DNA from: Octopus vulgaris | Taxonomy: Eukaryota | NCBI GenBank assembly: GCA_951406725.2 | Contig: OX597820.1 | Location: 93,558,001 to 93,622,000 of the forward strand | DNA: 64,000 nt | Direction: 5' to 3' | Shown: piece after piece, positions 39,869 through 50,786 of the stretch | Numbering within the stretch: the first letter of the stretch is position 1 | Layout: the number at the start of each line of letters is the position of its first letter | Made by a program: the position numbers and the translations under genes | The notes under the pieces: model-generated | Told to the model about the DNA's origin: nothing | The model's database searches: none | What the model saw: only the letters and a program-made list of their open reading frames with translations

Positions 39869-40218
39869 CATATATATACATATATATATATATGCATTTA
39901 TGTATATACTTTATACACACACAAATATATACATACACATATACACACACACACACATTGATACATACACATAGATAGATAGGTAGATATAATAATTATA
40001 ATAATAATATTAATCATAATTGTAATGTTCTTTCTTCATTTCTTTAAATGTTATTTTCTTTAAAATTTTATTTATCATTTTATCTTTTTTCTTTCTCGTC
40101 TCATCTTTCTAGTTTAATTTTATTTATTGATTGATTTTTGTGTTTGTTTGTTTTCCGTTTCTCTCTTCTCTTCTCTGTCATTTAATGCAAATGATGGTAC
40201 AGCAAGTTGTCAGCTTGC

Positions 40219-40347
40219 TCACATGTTGGTGTCTAGTATCGAATGCTTGGAGTTTCGTACATCCTCCGTCTCGTAAGCATTGTATGTAGCGAATCTAGAA
40301 TCCTTCAAGTGTGTGTAATTAGCACTGACCGCAATCAAAAAGTGAAT
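40219..40347 (-). CDS. M6: M6-family terminal coding exon: IHFLIAVSANYTHLKDSRFATYNAYETEDVRNSKHSILDTNM*
   Basis: Acceptor tttcctctttcag, phase 0, TGA at 40219-40221. IHFLIAVSANYTHLKD aligns with GPM6A VHYLMVLSANWAYVKD. Confidence 0.92.
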   Translation of the reverse strand: MHFLIAVSANYTHLKDSRFATYNAYETEDVRNSKHSILDTNM

Positions 40348-41428
40348 CTGAAAGAGGAAACAAGAAATAATTAGTAACAAAAAACAAAGCAATGATATTA
40401 AGCATTTCTAACGCTGGCACAAGTGCACACATTTTAACGAATGCAGTGCTTGTGTAGCAGTATAAACACACATCGTCATATGCAAGAGAAAAAGTGTATA
40501 CAAGAAGGAATGTATATATATCCAAGAAGTCTTGATAAAGGGAACAGGAGGAAGATATATATATATGTATGTACATATACGCACACACATGCAACAGGCA
40601 TTGTGAAATGTGACATGTAACCAAAGATCAGGTGCAGTAGAGTTCCACATACCACTCTAGTAGCCGGTGTTGTATAACATGAGACATCAAATTCATGATA
40701 GGCTTAGGTAGGAAATATAAGCCAAATAATAGAAATAACAATAATAAGAGTTCCCTTAAAAAACGTGGTATGGTGTGATTTGAGGGAGTTTTAGTCACTA
40801 TTTCTAGCAACTATGGAGAGGCTCCTCTGTTCGTATGTTTTTGCGGTAAATTATCTTCCTTAACAAGTATTATTTTTGAAGGCTGCCATGTTTGTCAATA
40901 CATGCACAGCAAAACTCTTCCACTTCCCTCGTCTTTTGCGCGTTTATTTTCTTCATGCTATCATAGTGGGATGGTTTTATTGTTGGACAAACTGTTTAAC
41001 CAATCAACCAAGAAGAAGGAAGTGAAACATTTTTCTGATAGTACAATGGTAGGGAGGTAAGAAAACTAATATTTCTAATCATGGAGACTGATTCAGCAGA
41101 ACATTTTATCACACAAATATTCTGTTTGTCAGCCTGTCAGTCTCTCTCCATCTTATATCGAGGTTTCTCAACCATTTTTGAAAATCTTTAGAACCCCTTT
41201 GGTTACTATTTTATTCTGGTGGGTCCCCACAACCATTTGATGTTTAATAACTGGTTTTATAAAAACTCCTTTCAAAATACCTATTTTATTTTTCACACAT
41301 TAACTTGTGTAGGTTGAACTATGTAAAATGTCAGAGAAAGAAACCTAGCTGTTTCTTGCAATGCATACCAATACATACATCTAAAACAAACTTTTTTCAG
41401 GGACCCTTAAAATACTATTGTGGATGTA

Positions 41429-42923
41429 TCAAGTCATTAAGAATGAAATGTCCGATTTTCTTATGCACCAAATTTGACAGTTGTTAACTATATTTTATCC
41501 TGACAAGGCGGCGAGCTGGCAGAAATGTTAGCAAGCCGGGCGAAATGTGTAGCCGTATTTCGTCTGATGTTACGTTCTGAGTTCAAATTCCGCCGAGGTC
41601 GACTTTGCCTTTCATCCTTTCGGGGTCGATAAATTAAATACCAGTTGCGCACTGGGGTCGATGTAATCGACTTAATCCTTTTGTCTGTCCTTATTTGTCC
41701 TCTCTGTGTTTAGCCCCTTGTGGGTAGTAAAGAAATAGTTATTTTATCCTGACAATTCTATGTTTTACAACACTGAAGAGTTACGTCATCATTTTTCAAA
41801 ATGTAATTCATGGTTTTCTCTTGTAAATCAATTTTTGTGAACCCATGGATAGATCAAATATTCGTGTTGTTTATGAATACAAGTCCCATCGTGGAACCAA
41901 TGCATCTCAGACAGCTTGAAAAAACATCAATGAAGTGTTTGGTGAAGATGTGGCAAATGAGCACACTGTATGTTGATGGTTTGAGAAATTCTGGTCTGGT
42001 GACTTTACTCTTGAAAATCAGCCCAGTGGTAGACCTGAGACCAAGATGGATAATGATGAAGCAGAAACTGTAGTGGAGACAGTTACATCTCAAACTAAGC
42101 GTGAGTTAGCAGCAAGGTTTGATGTTTCGATTCCAACTGCATTGGACCATCTGAAACAAATCAGCAAGGTAAAGAAACTGAACAACTGGTACCACATGAA
42201 ATGAACGAGCATCAAATGACACATCATCTTGAAATTTGTTGTTCTTTGCTGTCATGGCATAAAAGCAAACCATTTTTACATCATAATGTTACATGTGATG
42301 AAAAATGGATTCTAACAATAGCAAGTGTTCTGCACGGTGGTTGGATAGAGATGAAGTGTCAAAACAATCCAAAAAAGAATATTCACCAAAAAAAAAAGCT
42401 AATGGTGTCTGTTTGGTGATCCAGCACTGGTGTCATCCACTACAGGTTCATGAGACCTGGTAGGTCAATTACAGTGGATGTATACATCAACCAATTAGGT
42501 GAAATGAGTGAACTTGCAACTAAACAACTGAGATTGGTCAATAGAGACAGGCCAATTCTCTTGCATGACAATGCTCGACCACATGTTGCACAAAGAATGC
42601 TACTCAAGTTACAGGAACTTAACCTGGAAGTTCTCTGTCATCCACCATATTCACCAGATCTTGCACCAATTTATCTATCACGTTTTCCAGGCAATAGACA
42701 ACTTTTTGCCATCTGAAGAAGATGCAAAAACAGCCTTTCGTGATTTCATCATCTCTTGCTCTCCAGAATACTTTGATGCTGGCGTAAATCAGCTACTGAT
42801 AAAATGGTAAAATTGTGTCTATAATTTAGGTGCATAGTTTGATTAACTGCATTGCTTTTTGTTGAGATAAAAGTAAAATAAACTTTCAGTTCAAAATTGG
42901 ACATTTCATTCTTAATGACCATA
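41429..42923 (+). mobile_element. mariner (DD34D) transposon, decayed, interrupted by a SINE
   Basis: TA-flanked 31-bp TIRs TCAAGTCATTAAGAATGAAATGTCCGATTTT / AAAATTGGACATTTCATTCTTAATGACCATA. Motifs WVPHE-like, VTCDEKWI, LLHDNARPH and HPPYSPDLAP. Confidence 0.92.
41507..41739 (+). mobile_element. Young OR-like SINE with a 16-bp TSD
   Basis: TSD TATTTTATCCTGACAA at 41491-41506 and 41740-41755. CpGs are largely intact. Confidence 0.92.
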
Positions 42924-44220
42924 TATTTACTATCTTGTTGCATGGACCCCACCTCCCCAAAAATTTTTGTATGGACCCTCGGGGGCCATATGAACCTCAG
43001 TTAAGAACCACTGCATTACATGGTCATTCATTTGCTTTCACATCCATTTTCTATAATAGCATGGGTTAAGCCAATGTTTCTCAATCATGTTTTTTTCTAT
43101 GGGTCCCACTGATTCCTATTTTACTCTGCTGGACCCCCTGTAGCCATTCGATGTCTAAAAAAAAACCAAAAAAAAAAAACCAGCCCATGGTATTTTTATA
43201 ATTAAACATTAAAAAATGTTACTTTGTGCATAGAATTATAACCAATTTATTATATAAGAATTAACAGAAAACTATGTGGACCCCTAAGTGCATCAACCCA
43301 GTAGTCAACTAGTACTTGTTTTTTTGAGCCCAAAAGGATGAAAGGCAAAGTCCGTCTTGACAGAATTTGAACTCAGAACATAAAGACTGATGAAATGCTA
43401 CTAAGCATTTTGTCTAGTGTCCTACCAATTCTGCTAGCTTGCCTAATAATTTTGTTTCATTTTATCGCATATATTTCATATGTTGTATCATATATCCATA
43501 TACATGGTATAGAATTAAAAAAAATGTTCCTTTACTGAAATGTTTGTAGCATCAATTTGAATTCCCCTTTTCCTCATATTAATTGTTTGTTTGTATGTAT
43601 GGTTTACTCAACTTCTCATCTGTTAGAAAACATCTACTAAAATCAACAAAACTCTGTAATCAAGCTATAGACATTATCATGCATATGTTTTACTTGAAGA
43701 TTGCAGAGGTATGAAACTCTACCCATGAGACAAACACTCAGCTTCAGTTTCAATTTAAAAAATATCCATATCTTCTACATCTATTGAAAACTCCTTTCTC
43801 ATTCATTCAACATTAAGCAACACACACTTATGAAACATGCACACTATTAGCATAAATAGAGTGTATGCTGCCTGGGTTAGCCCTTCCATTTTTTGCCCCT
43901 GGATCCCACAAAAAGCACATATTGCCTACAGCAGACCCAAAAGTGGTGCCTCCTTAAAAGTGCCACCTAGGGAGAACCACCCCATCTCGCTACACTCGTG
44001 ATGCACACACATACTTATTAAACACTTCTGTACAATACTTATTGACTGAATTTTTATTCACAAGGCATTAGTTACCCTGGATCTATGACAGAGGATAGCT
44101 GACTAAGGCGATGCACAATGGAAGTGAATTTGGAAATGTGATTTCAAAAGCAAGCTTCTTAACCATACAGCCATCTAATAAAAATAATATCTTAACAAAA
44201 CTCAATAATCATGTGAGAAA

Positions 44221-44430
44221 TCATCATCATCATCATTTAGCATCCGCTTTCCATGCTAGCATGGGTTGGACGGTTCAACTGGGGTCTGGGAAGCCAGAAG
44301 GCTGCACCAGGCCCAGTCTGATCTGGCAATGTTTCTACGGCTGGATGCCCTTCCTAATGCCAACCACTCCGTGAGTGTAGTGGGTGCTTTTTACGTGCCA
44401 CAGTCAGATGGCGCTTTTTACGTGCCAGGC
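44221..44430 (-). mobile_element. 3' tail of the RTE LINE family, ending in (ATG)n
   Basis: Near-identical to 49034-49210 and reverse-complementary to the LINE tail at 48880-49027. Confidence 0.8.
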
Positions 44431-45064
44431 GGAAATTTTAAAATTGATAGATTATTATTTAAAAGATTGTTCTTATTTCATGTCTATATCAAATCTTTCC
44501 ACCAATTTACGTAGTCTTGCATACTCTATTCTTTGTGTTAATTCTCAAAAATCAGTCAAACAACGCAAAGAATCCAAGTAAGGGGAAAAAAACCCACTGG
44601 GCTACTTATATCCTCGCTATCCTTTAATCTTTTTGGTTAAATCCAAATTCAATTTCATCTGTGATATATCTATTTACTAGTCTTTCCTTCCATAGTTATA
44701 TTCATTATTAGATTCTCCAGAAGCATCCGCAAGAACTGCAGATACTATAAAATACTGTCTTGATTTTAATATGAAGAGATATATAAGGTTGTGAAGGGAT
44801 TTGTATAATATTAAGAGATATATATAAGGCAGCAAAAGGATATATGAAGGGATATATAAGCATGCTGAGCAAAATGCTTAGCAGCATTTCATCCATTTTT
44901 ATGTTGAGTTCCAATTCAGCTGAGGTCGATTTTGTCTTTCATCCCTTTGGGGTCGAAAAATAAATACTAGTTGACCACTGGGGCTGATGTAATTGATTTA
45001 GTTCCTCCTCCAAAATTTGAAGCTAGTATGAAAGGATATAAATTAGAAATTATGCGATACTTAC

Positions 45065-45130
45065 CATGCTGATAGTCACCAGCACTGCTGATACATAGGT
45101 AAAGATATAGCAAGTGAACAGCTCTTTACC
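45065..45130 (-). CDS. M6: M6-family exon (TM4): GKELFTCYIFTYVSAVLVTISM
   Basis: Acceptor ctattttcag and donor gtaagt; 66 bp, phase 0-0, the same size I recall for the corresponding PLP1 exon 6. Confidence 0.9.
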
Positions 45131-45654
45131 CTGAAAATAGAGTAAAAATGGGATAAATAAGCAAAATAATTGGGAGAATTTAAAAAAAAAGTAAACAAAA
45201 ATAATACCATAAGATTTAAGGCATTATCATAATTATCAGCATCAAGATCAATTGTATTGTTTTATTTAGTTTCATTAGTTATTGAACTGTGGTCATATTA
45301 CAGTACAATCTTCAAAAGGGTTTTGCTTGAATGTATCAACCCTAGGACTTTGCCTGGTAAAAGGATATAAAAAGAATGTAAAGGAATATAATCAAATATC
45401 ACCAGGAAATTGTCTGATGCACCACAAATTCTTCAATCTATTCTGTATATATGTATGTGTGTGTACACACATCTGATGGGGTTTTGCAGTTTATACCCAG
45501 AAAGTTCCACTCACAAAGTTTTGGTGAACCTAGAAGAAAACACATGCTGTGCAAGGTACTAGAATGGAATTGAACCCAGAATCATATACTTGCCCCAATA
45601 AAAGTATTTGTCTCAGTTATCATCATTGTCATAATGCTTACATATGCTCTTCCA

Positions 45655-48600
45655 TGCTGTGAGAAACCTGGTGTGAGCATACTTCTTGCAGAGAAATGGG
45701 TGGATAAGCTCATAGAGGTAGTCCGAGTGAGCAATAGAGTACTTAAGCTCAGGCTAGTCTTGCAGAATAGCATAGTGTCAATTATCTCTACCTATGCCCC
45801 ACAAGCGGGCCTACCAAATAAACAGAAGGACCATTTTTATGATATTCTTCTGCAGGTTACCTCTAAGACTTGGGATTTCAATGGGTATGTTGGATGGCAG
45901 CCCAGTATTTTCCATAGTGTCCATAGGGGCCATGGAATTGGTTCCCAAACAAAGAGGGAACAAGGCTACTGGAGTTCTATGATGCAAATAACTTATTGAT
46001 TTGCAACACCAACTTCAGGAAACTGACCAGCCACCTGATAATCTAACAATCAGATGGTGACACAAGCCAGATCAATTATATTTTCACCAGGCAGCGGGAT
46101 GCATGGTATCTCTTAAATGCAAGGACTTTCCCCGGTGAAGAATGTATCCCCCAGTATAGACTAGTCATTAATGGTTTTAGACTCCAGGCCAGAAGGATGC
46201 CAAGAAGCAGACCAACTTGGAAAAGAAGGATTTGGTAGCTTAAGGACCCTTCATGTGTTCAGAGATTCAGGGACAGCCTAACTGAGAAATTTGATGAGAG
46301 GGAGGAGGAGCTACAAGCTTGTGATATAGAACGCAACTGGGAATTCCAGCAGGACAGCTTGCCGAGTGCCACAGACCAAATCTGTGGGTGGTGCAAAGTT
46401 CCAACAAGATTTAATATAAAATAGTGGTGGAACGATGCAATAGACAGGGCCATAAGAGCAAAGAAACAGACCTGGAAGGATTGGGAGAGTGGGGGTAGCA
46501 GGGAACTCTATCAGATAGCCAGAAGGGAAGCTAGGAAACTGGTATATCTAGCCAAGGGTGAAGCAGAAAAGAAGTTTGCCTATGTTCAGTGGACCAAAGA
46601 AATGAAATGTTTCAGATAGCAAGAGTGTGTGAGAGAAAATCGTGATGTCATAGGAGAGAAATGTGTTTCTGTATGAATGATGGTACACTTGCATTGAATG
46701 ATTCTGCCAAAGAAAGAGGCTTGGAGATGTCATTATGAAAGACTGCTGAAAGTGGATAATGAATGGGAGGAGGAGAGTCTGCCAAAAGTTGACCCAGCTG
46801 AGGGACCAATTATCCAAATCAACAGTACCTTGGTAGATAAAGCAATTAAGGATATGAAGACTGGGAAAGCCCCCCGGTCCATCAAGAATCACCTCTGAGA
46901 TGCTTAAAATATCAGGTAGTGTAGGTTATGGTCTAGTCACCTATATTGTAAATCAGGTGGTTCACAAAGTAGATATACCCAATGACTGGTGTAGCAGCAC
47001 CATAGTCAACTGCCACAAAAGTAAAGGTGATGCCTTAGAAATAATTACAGAAGTATCAAATTGTTGGATCAGATGATGAAATTTATGGAGAAAGACATAG
47101 CCCAGCTAATTAGGAAAAGAGTTAGCCTAGCAGTTTGGTTTTGTGCCAGGGAGAAGAACCACTGATGCTATATTTCTGGTAATACAGCTGCAGGAGAAAT
47201 ACATAGCCAAAGATAAACCTCTGTACTTGGCCTTTGTTGACTTGGAGAAAGCCTTTGACCCTAAACCTTATCTAGTGGTCAATGTGGAAAGTAGGGATAG
47301 ACAAGTGGTTGGTGAGGGCTGTACAAGTTATGTACAGGGATGCTACTAATACGGTGAGAGTTGCCAATGAGTACAGCAAAGAATTCAGGGTACAAGTAGG
47401 GGTTCACCAAGGACTGTTGCTCAGCCCCCTCTTGCTCATCATAGTCCTCCAAGCAATAACAAAAGGATTTAAGACAGGTTGCCCATGGGAGCTCCTCTAA
47501 GCTGATGACCTTGCTCTTGTAGCTGAATCACTACAAGAAATAGAGAAGTTCCAGTATGGAAGCAAGGTCTATAATTGAATGGCCTTAGAGTTAACCTAAC
47601 AAAAACCAAAGTCTTAGTAAGTAGCAAGGCAGGCAAATTACTAATCCCTTCAGGTAGGTGGCCCTTCTTGATCTGTAGAAAAGATGTAGGTAGAAACTTT
47701 ATAAGATGCATCTGGTTAAGCTTTGGACACATGAAAAGGTGCAGCAATATCAGAGGAATGTTAACAGGGAAACTAGCTTTTGTATGTGGAAGATGCACCA
47801 GAACAATAAATGCTGAATATGTGCAGAAAATAGACTCCATCAACTGCCAGGGGAACAAGCTATAAGTAGTAGATAGCATCTGTTATCTAGGTGAACAAGT
47901 TAGTAGTGGAGGTGAATGCTCTGTGAGTGTAGCTGTGAGAATAAGATTAGGCTGGGCAAAGTTCAGAGATCTACTACCTCTACTGGCAACAAAGGGCCTC
48001 TCAATCAGAGTGAAAGACATTGTATGATGCCTGTGTATGAACAGCCATGAACGATGGGGTTTGACAGCCGAGGATATGTGTAAGCTTGAAAGAAATGAAG
48101 CAGTATGCTTTGCTGGATATGCAATGTTTGTGTGCATGTTTGAGAGAGTGTAAGTATCTTGATAGAAAAGTTAGGCATAAGAGGCATCAGATGTGGTGTG
48201 CAAGAGAAATGACTGTGCTGGTACGGTCATGTGATGTGTATGGACAAGGACAACTGTGTAAAGAAGTGCTGATCTCTAACTAAGGAGGGAATCTGTGGTA
48301 CAGGTAGACTGAGGAAGACATGGGAAGAAGTGGTCAGGCATGATCATGTGCCTCACAGAGGCAATGACTAGTGACCAAATCTTTAGCAATATGCTGTGCT
48401 TGAGAAGACCTGTCAAGCCAAGTGAAATCGTAGTCAAGGCTGATGTTGGTGTCATGTAACTGGCACCCATGCTAGTGACATGTAAGGTGCACTGTTCAAG
48501 TGTTGGGTCTCACAGAGGCAAAGTGGTTGAGTTCTTTTCAAGCATTGGGCCCTCATAGAGCAAAGTGGTAGAGTTCCTTTCGAGTGTTGGGTCTCACAGA

Positions 48601-49275
48601 GGCAAAGTGGCCAAGTTCCTTTCAAGCATTGGGCCCTCATAGAGCAAAGTAGCAGAGTTCCTTTCGAGTGTTGGGTCTCACAGAGGCAAAGTGGCCGAGT
48701 TCCTTTCAAGCATTGGGCCCTCATAGAGCAAAGTGGCAGAGTTCCTTTCGAGTGTTGGGCCTCACGGAGACAATGACCGAAACCTTTGGCATTATGTCAT
48801 GCTTGAGAAGAAGACTTATCAAGCTGAGCAAAATAGCTGTCATGACAGATACTGGTGTCACATAAATGGCACTCATGCTGGTGGCATGTAAAAGCATCCA
48901 TTATGCTCACAGAGTGATTGGTGTTAGAAAGGGCATCCAGCTATAGTAAACCATGCCAAATCAGACTGGAGTCTGGTGCAGCCTTCCAGCTTACCAGCCT
49001 TGGTCAAACCATCCAACCCATGCCAGAATAGACATCATCATCATCATTTAGTGTCCGCTTTCCATGCTAGCATGGGTTGGACGGTTCAACTGGGGTCTGT
49101 GAAGCCAGAAGGCTGCATCAGGTCCAGTCTGATCTGGCAGTGTTTCTACGGCTGGATGCCCTTCTTAATGCCAACCACTCCGTGAGTGTAGTGGGTGCTT
49201 TTTACGTGCCACCCGCACAGGTGCCAGACGGAGCTGGCAAACGGCCACGGACAATGGACGTTAAATGATGATGAT
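45655..49275 (+). mobile_element. RTE-clade LINE, 5'-truncated and inactivated (APE endonuclease, RT, Cys-rich PHD-like insert, 3' UTR)
   Basis: Encodes GVSILLAEKW, IISTYAPQ, DFNG, FVPGRRTTDAIF, LYLAFVDLEKAFD, VGVHQGLLLSPLL, LL*ADDL and ICRKDVGRNFIRC...H.KRCSNI...FVCGRC. Ends in an (ATG)n tail at ~49265-49277. Confidence 0.93.
48495..48780 (+). repeat. 42-bp tandem repeat organised as an 84-bp dimer in the LINE 3' UTR
   Basis: AGCATTGGGC recurs at 48541, 48625 and 48709. Alternating units are TTCAAGCATTGGGCCCTCATAGAGCAAAGTGG.AGAGTTCCT and TTCGAGTGTTGGGTCTCACAGAGGCAAAGTGGCC.AGTTCCT. Confidence 0.9.
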
Positions 49276-49557
49276 GAGCATATGTGAGATGTGACTCATG
49301 AGAAGAGCAGACTTAGAACAAACTGAAAGTATTTAATCATTTTTTGCCTTCATTGAGTCCATCGTTTTAGTGATTCAGATTTTATGTCACACTTTGATGT
49401 TTCTCACCTCACCTTCACTACAATGATTTTCTCTAGTAACTTATGTATAAAAGATGTCTGTTTGTTTGGTCATGGCTCTGTTGTTCACAAACCAAACTCA
49501 TCCATGGTACAGCTGTGCTAGAGCTTTTTGATGCTCTGGTGTCACTACATTTTGGAT

Positions 49558-49605
<48 letters not shown>

Positions 49606-50197
49606 GGTAGGCAGCTGATAACATGGTTTATTATGATGAAGTTAACAATGAATACTTGAATTGATATCTGTTCTTGTGTAAGGTGTCCACTGTTAGAATT
49701 ACGACTGATCGTTGACCCATGCATTAGACATCTGTGACTGATAGGCATGGTCAGCTTTTGTTTGAGATACTGAGGTTTCATGGGCTAGAATCAGCACAGT
49801 TCATTCTAGGTGAATGACAAGTTCTGCAAGATTGATGGGGTGGGTGTGTGTGTGGGGTGGGGGGCAGGAAAATGTTATTCTCAAACTGCAGATCTACCCC
49901 AAATACTCACAGCAGAATTGATACTGCTGAAGGTATGGAAGATTGTGTGGTGATGTTAATCCTTTTATGTAGGAATCAGATATATCCATTCAAAATTTCA
50001 TTACCCTTAACTACAGAAAGTAGTTTTATGTACCAATCTATATTTTGTTGGGGAATGTCATGCTTGAAACTGTTTTCCATTGAGATATGTCAAGTTTATT
50101 GAAGCAATTTGACTCGCAGAAAATACTAATTCTATTTTTGGTAGATATTTAACGTCATTACTGGAATAACCATGAAATTTAATCTTCCAGTGAATGG

Positions 50198-50370
50198 TAC
50201 GTCTGTCAAACGGTAACGCAGGTGTCCCAAGGTGAGCTTAGCATGGACGGAAAACACACGTTGAGCAAAAGGGCAAAAGCTCATTCGATCTCGATTTTCA
50301 GTCCGAATACGGACCACAAAAGCGTTGCCCATCGATCCTTTCCAAACAGCGGTGAGCTATGCATCCACTG

Positions 50371-50406
<36 letters not shown>

Positions 50407-50478
50407 ATGTGACGGCCAAGCGTTTGCAACCACATCGCCTTTTGATCTTTCGATGTCGGCTCTTCCTATCATTGCGAA
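50198..50478 (+). pseudogene. Retroposed 28S rRNA fragment (domain V) in an M6 intron
   Basis: Contains CTGTCAAACGGTAACGCAGGTGTCC, GAGGTGTCAGAAAAGTTACCACAGGGATAACTGGC and TTCGATGTCGGCTCTTCCTATCATTG. It has scattered substitutions and is flanked by the direct repeat ATGAAATT(T)AATCTTCCAGTGAATGG at 50172-50197 and 50483-50507. Confidence 0.93.
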
Positions 50479-50736
50479 ATTAATGAAATTAATCTTCCAG
50501 TGAATGGGTTAAACCAGGTTGATGGATTAATGCTGTCATCAAAGAATAGTAATGGTATCTCTGATGGACTTCACATCAGTGTATCAAACTACTGACAAAA
50601 ATGGCCGACCTATGTAAAAGATGGTCACACTTGCATAAAATCAAACTGGCAAGTGATTCTATATTTGTGTTAAAAATATATAGTGATTAATGTTTTAGAG
50701 ACGCAAATATGGTTTTTGAAGGAAAATTTTACTTAC

Positions 50737-50786
50737 ATCTTTCAGGAACATCTCCAGTTCTGGCTCACAAATAGTTTTGTTGAGAC
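50737..50786 (-). CDS. M6: M6-family exon (EC2 loop): GLNKTICEPELEMFLKD
   Basis: Polypyrimidine/ttttcag acceptor and gtaagt donor; 50 bp, phase 1 to 0, exactly bridging the flanking exons. Contains the K.IC motif. Confidence 0.88.

Larger units (their letters stand above)
41158..43013. mobile_element. hAT-like MITE hosting a nested mariner and SINE
   Basis: Ends GGTTTCTCAACC...GTTAAGAACCACTG with internal ggacccc motifs. Related partial copies lie at ~23372 and ~43075. Confidence 0.6.

Noticed and set aside
40195-40221. Stop-codon readthrough of M6 (AGCAAG/CTTGCT hairpin right after TGA)
   Set aside because: The context is TGA-G rather than TGA-C, and a second in-frame TGA follows two codons later.
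50198-50478. Functional rRNA gene
   Set aside because: It is only 281 bp, mutated at conserved positions, intronic and flanked by a TSD.
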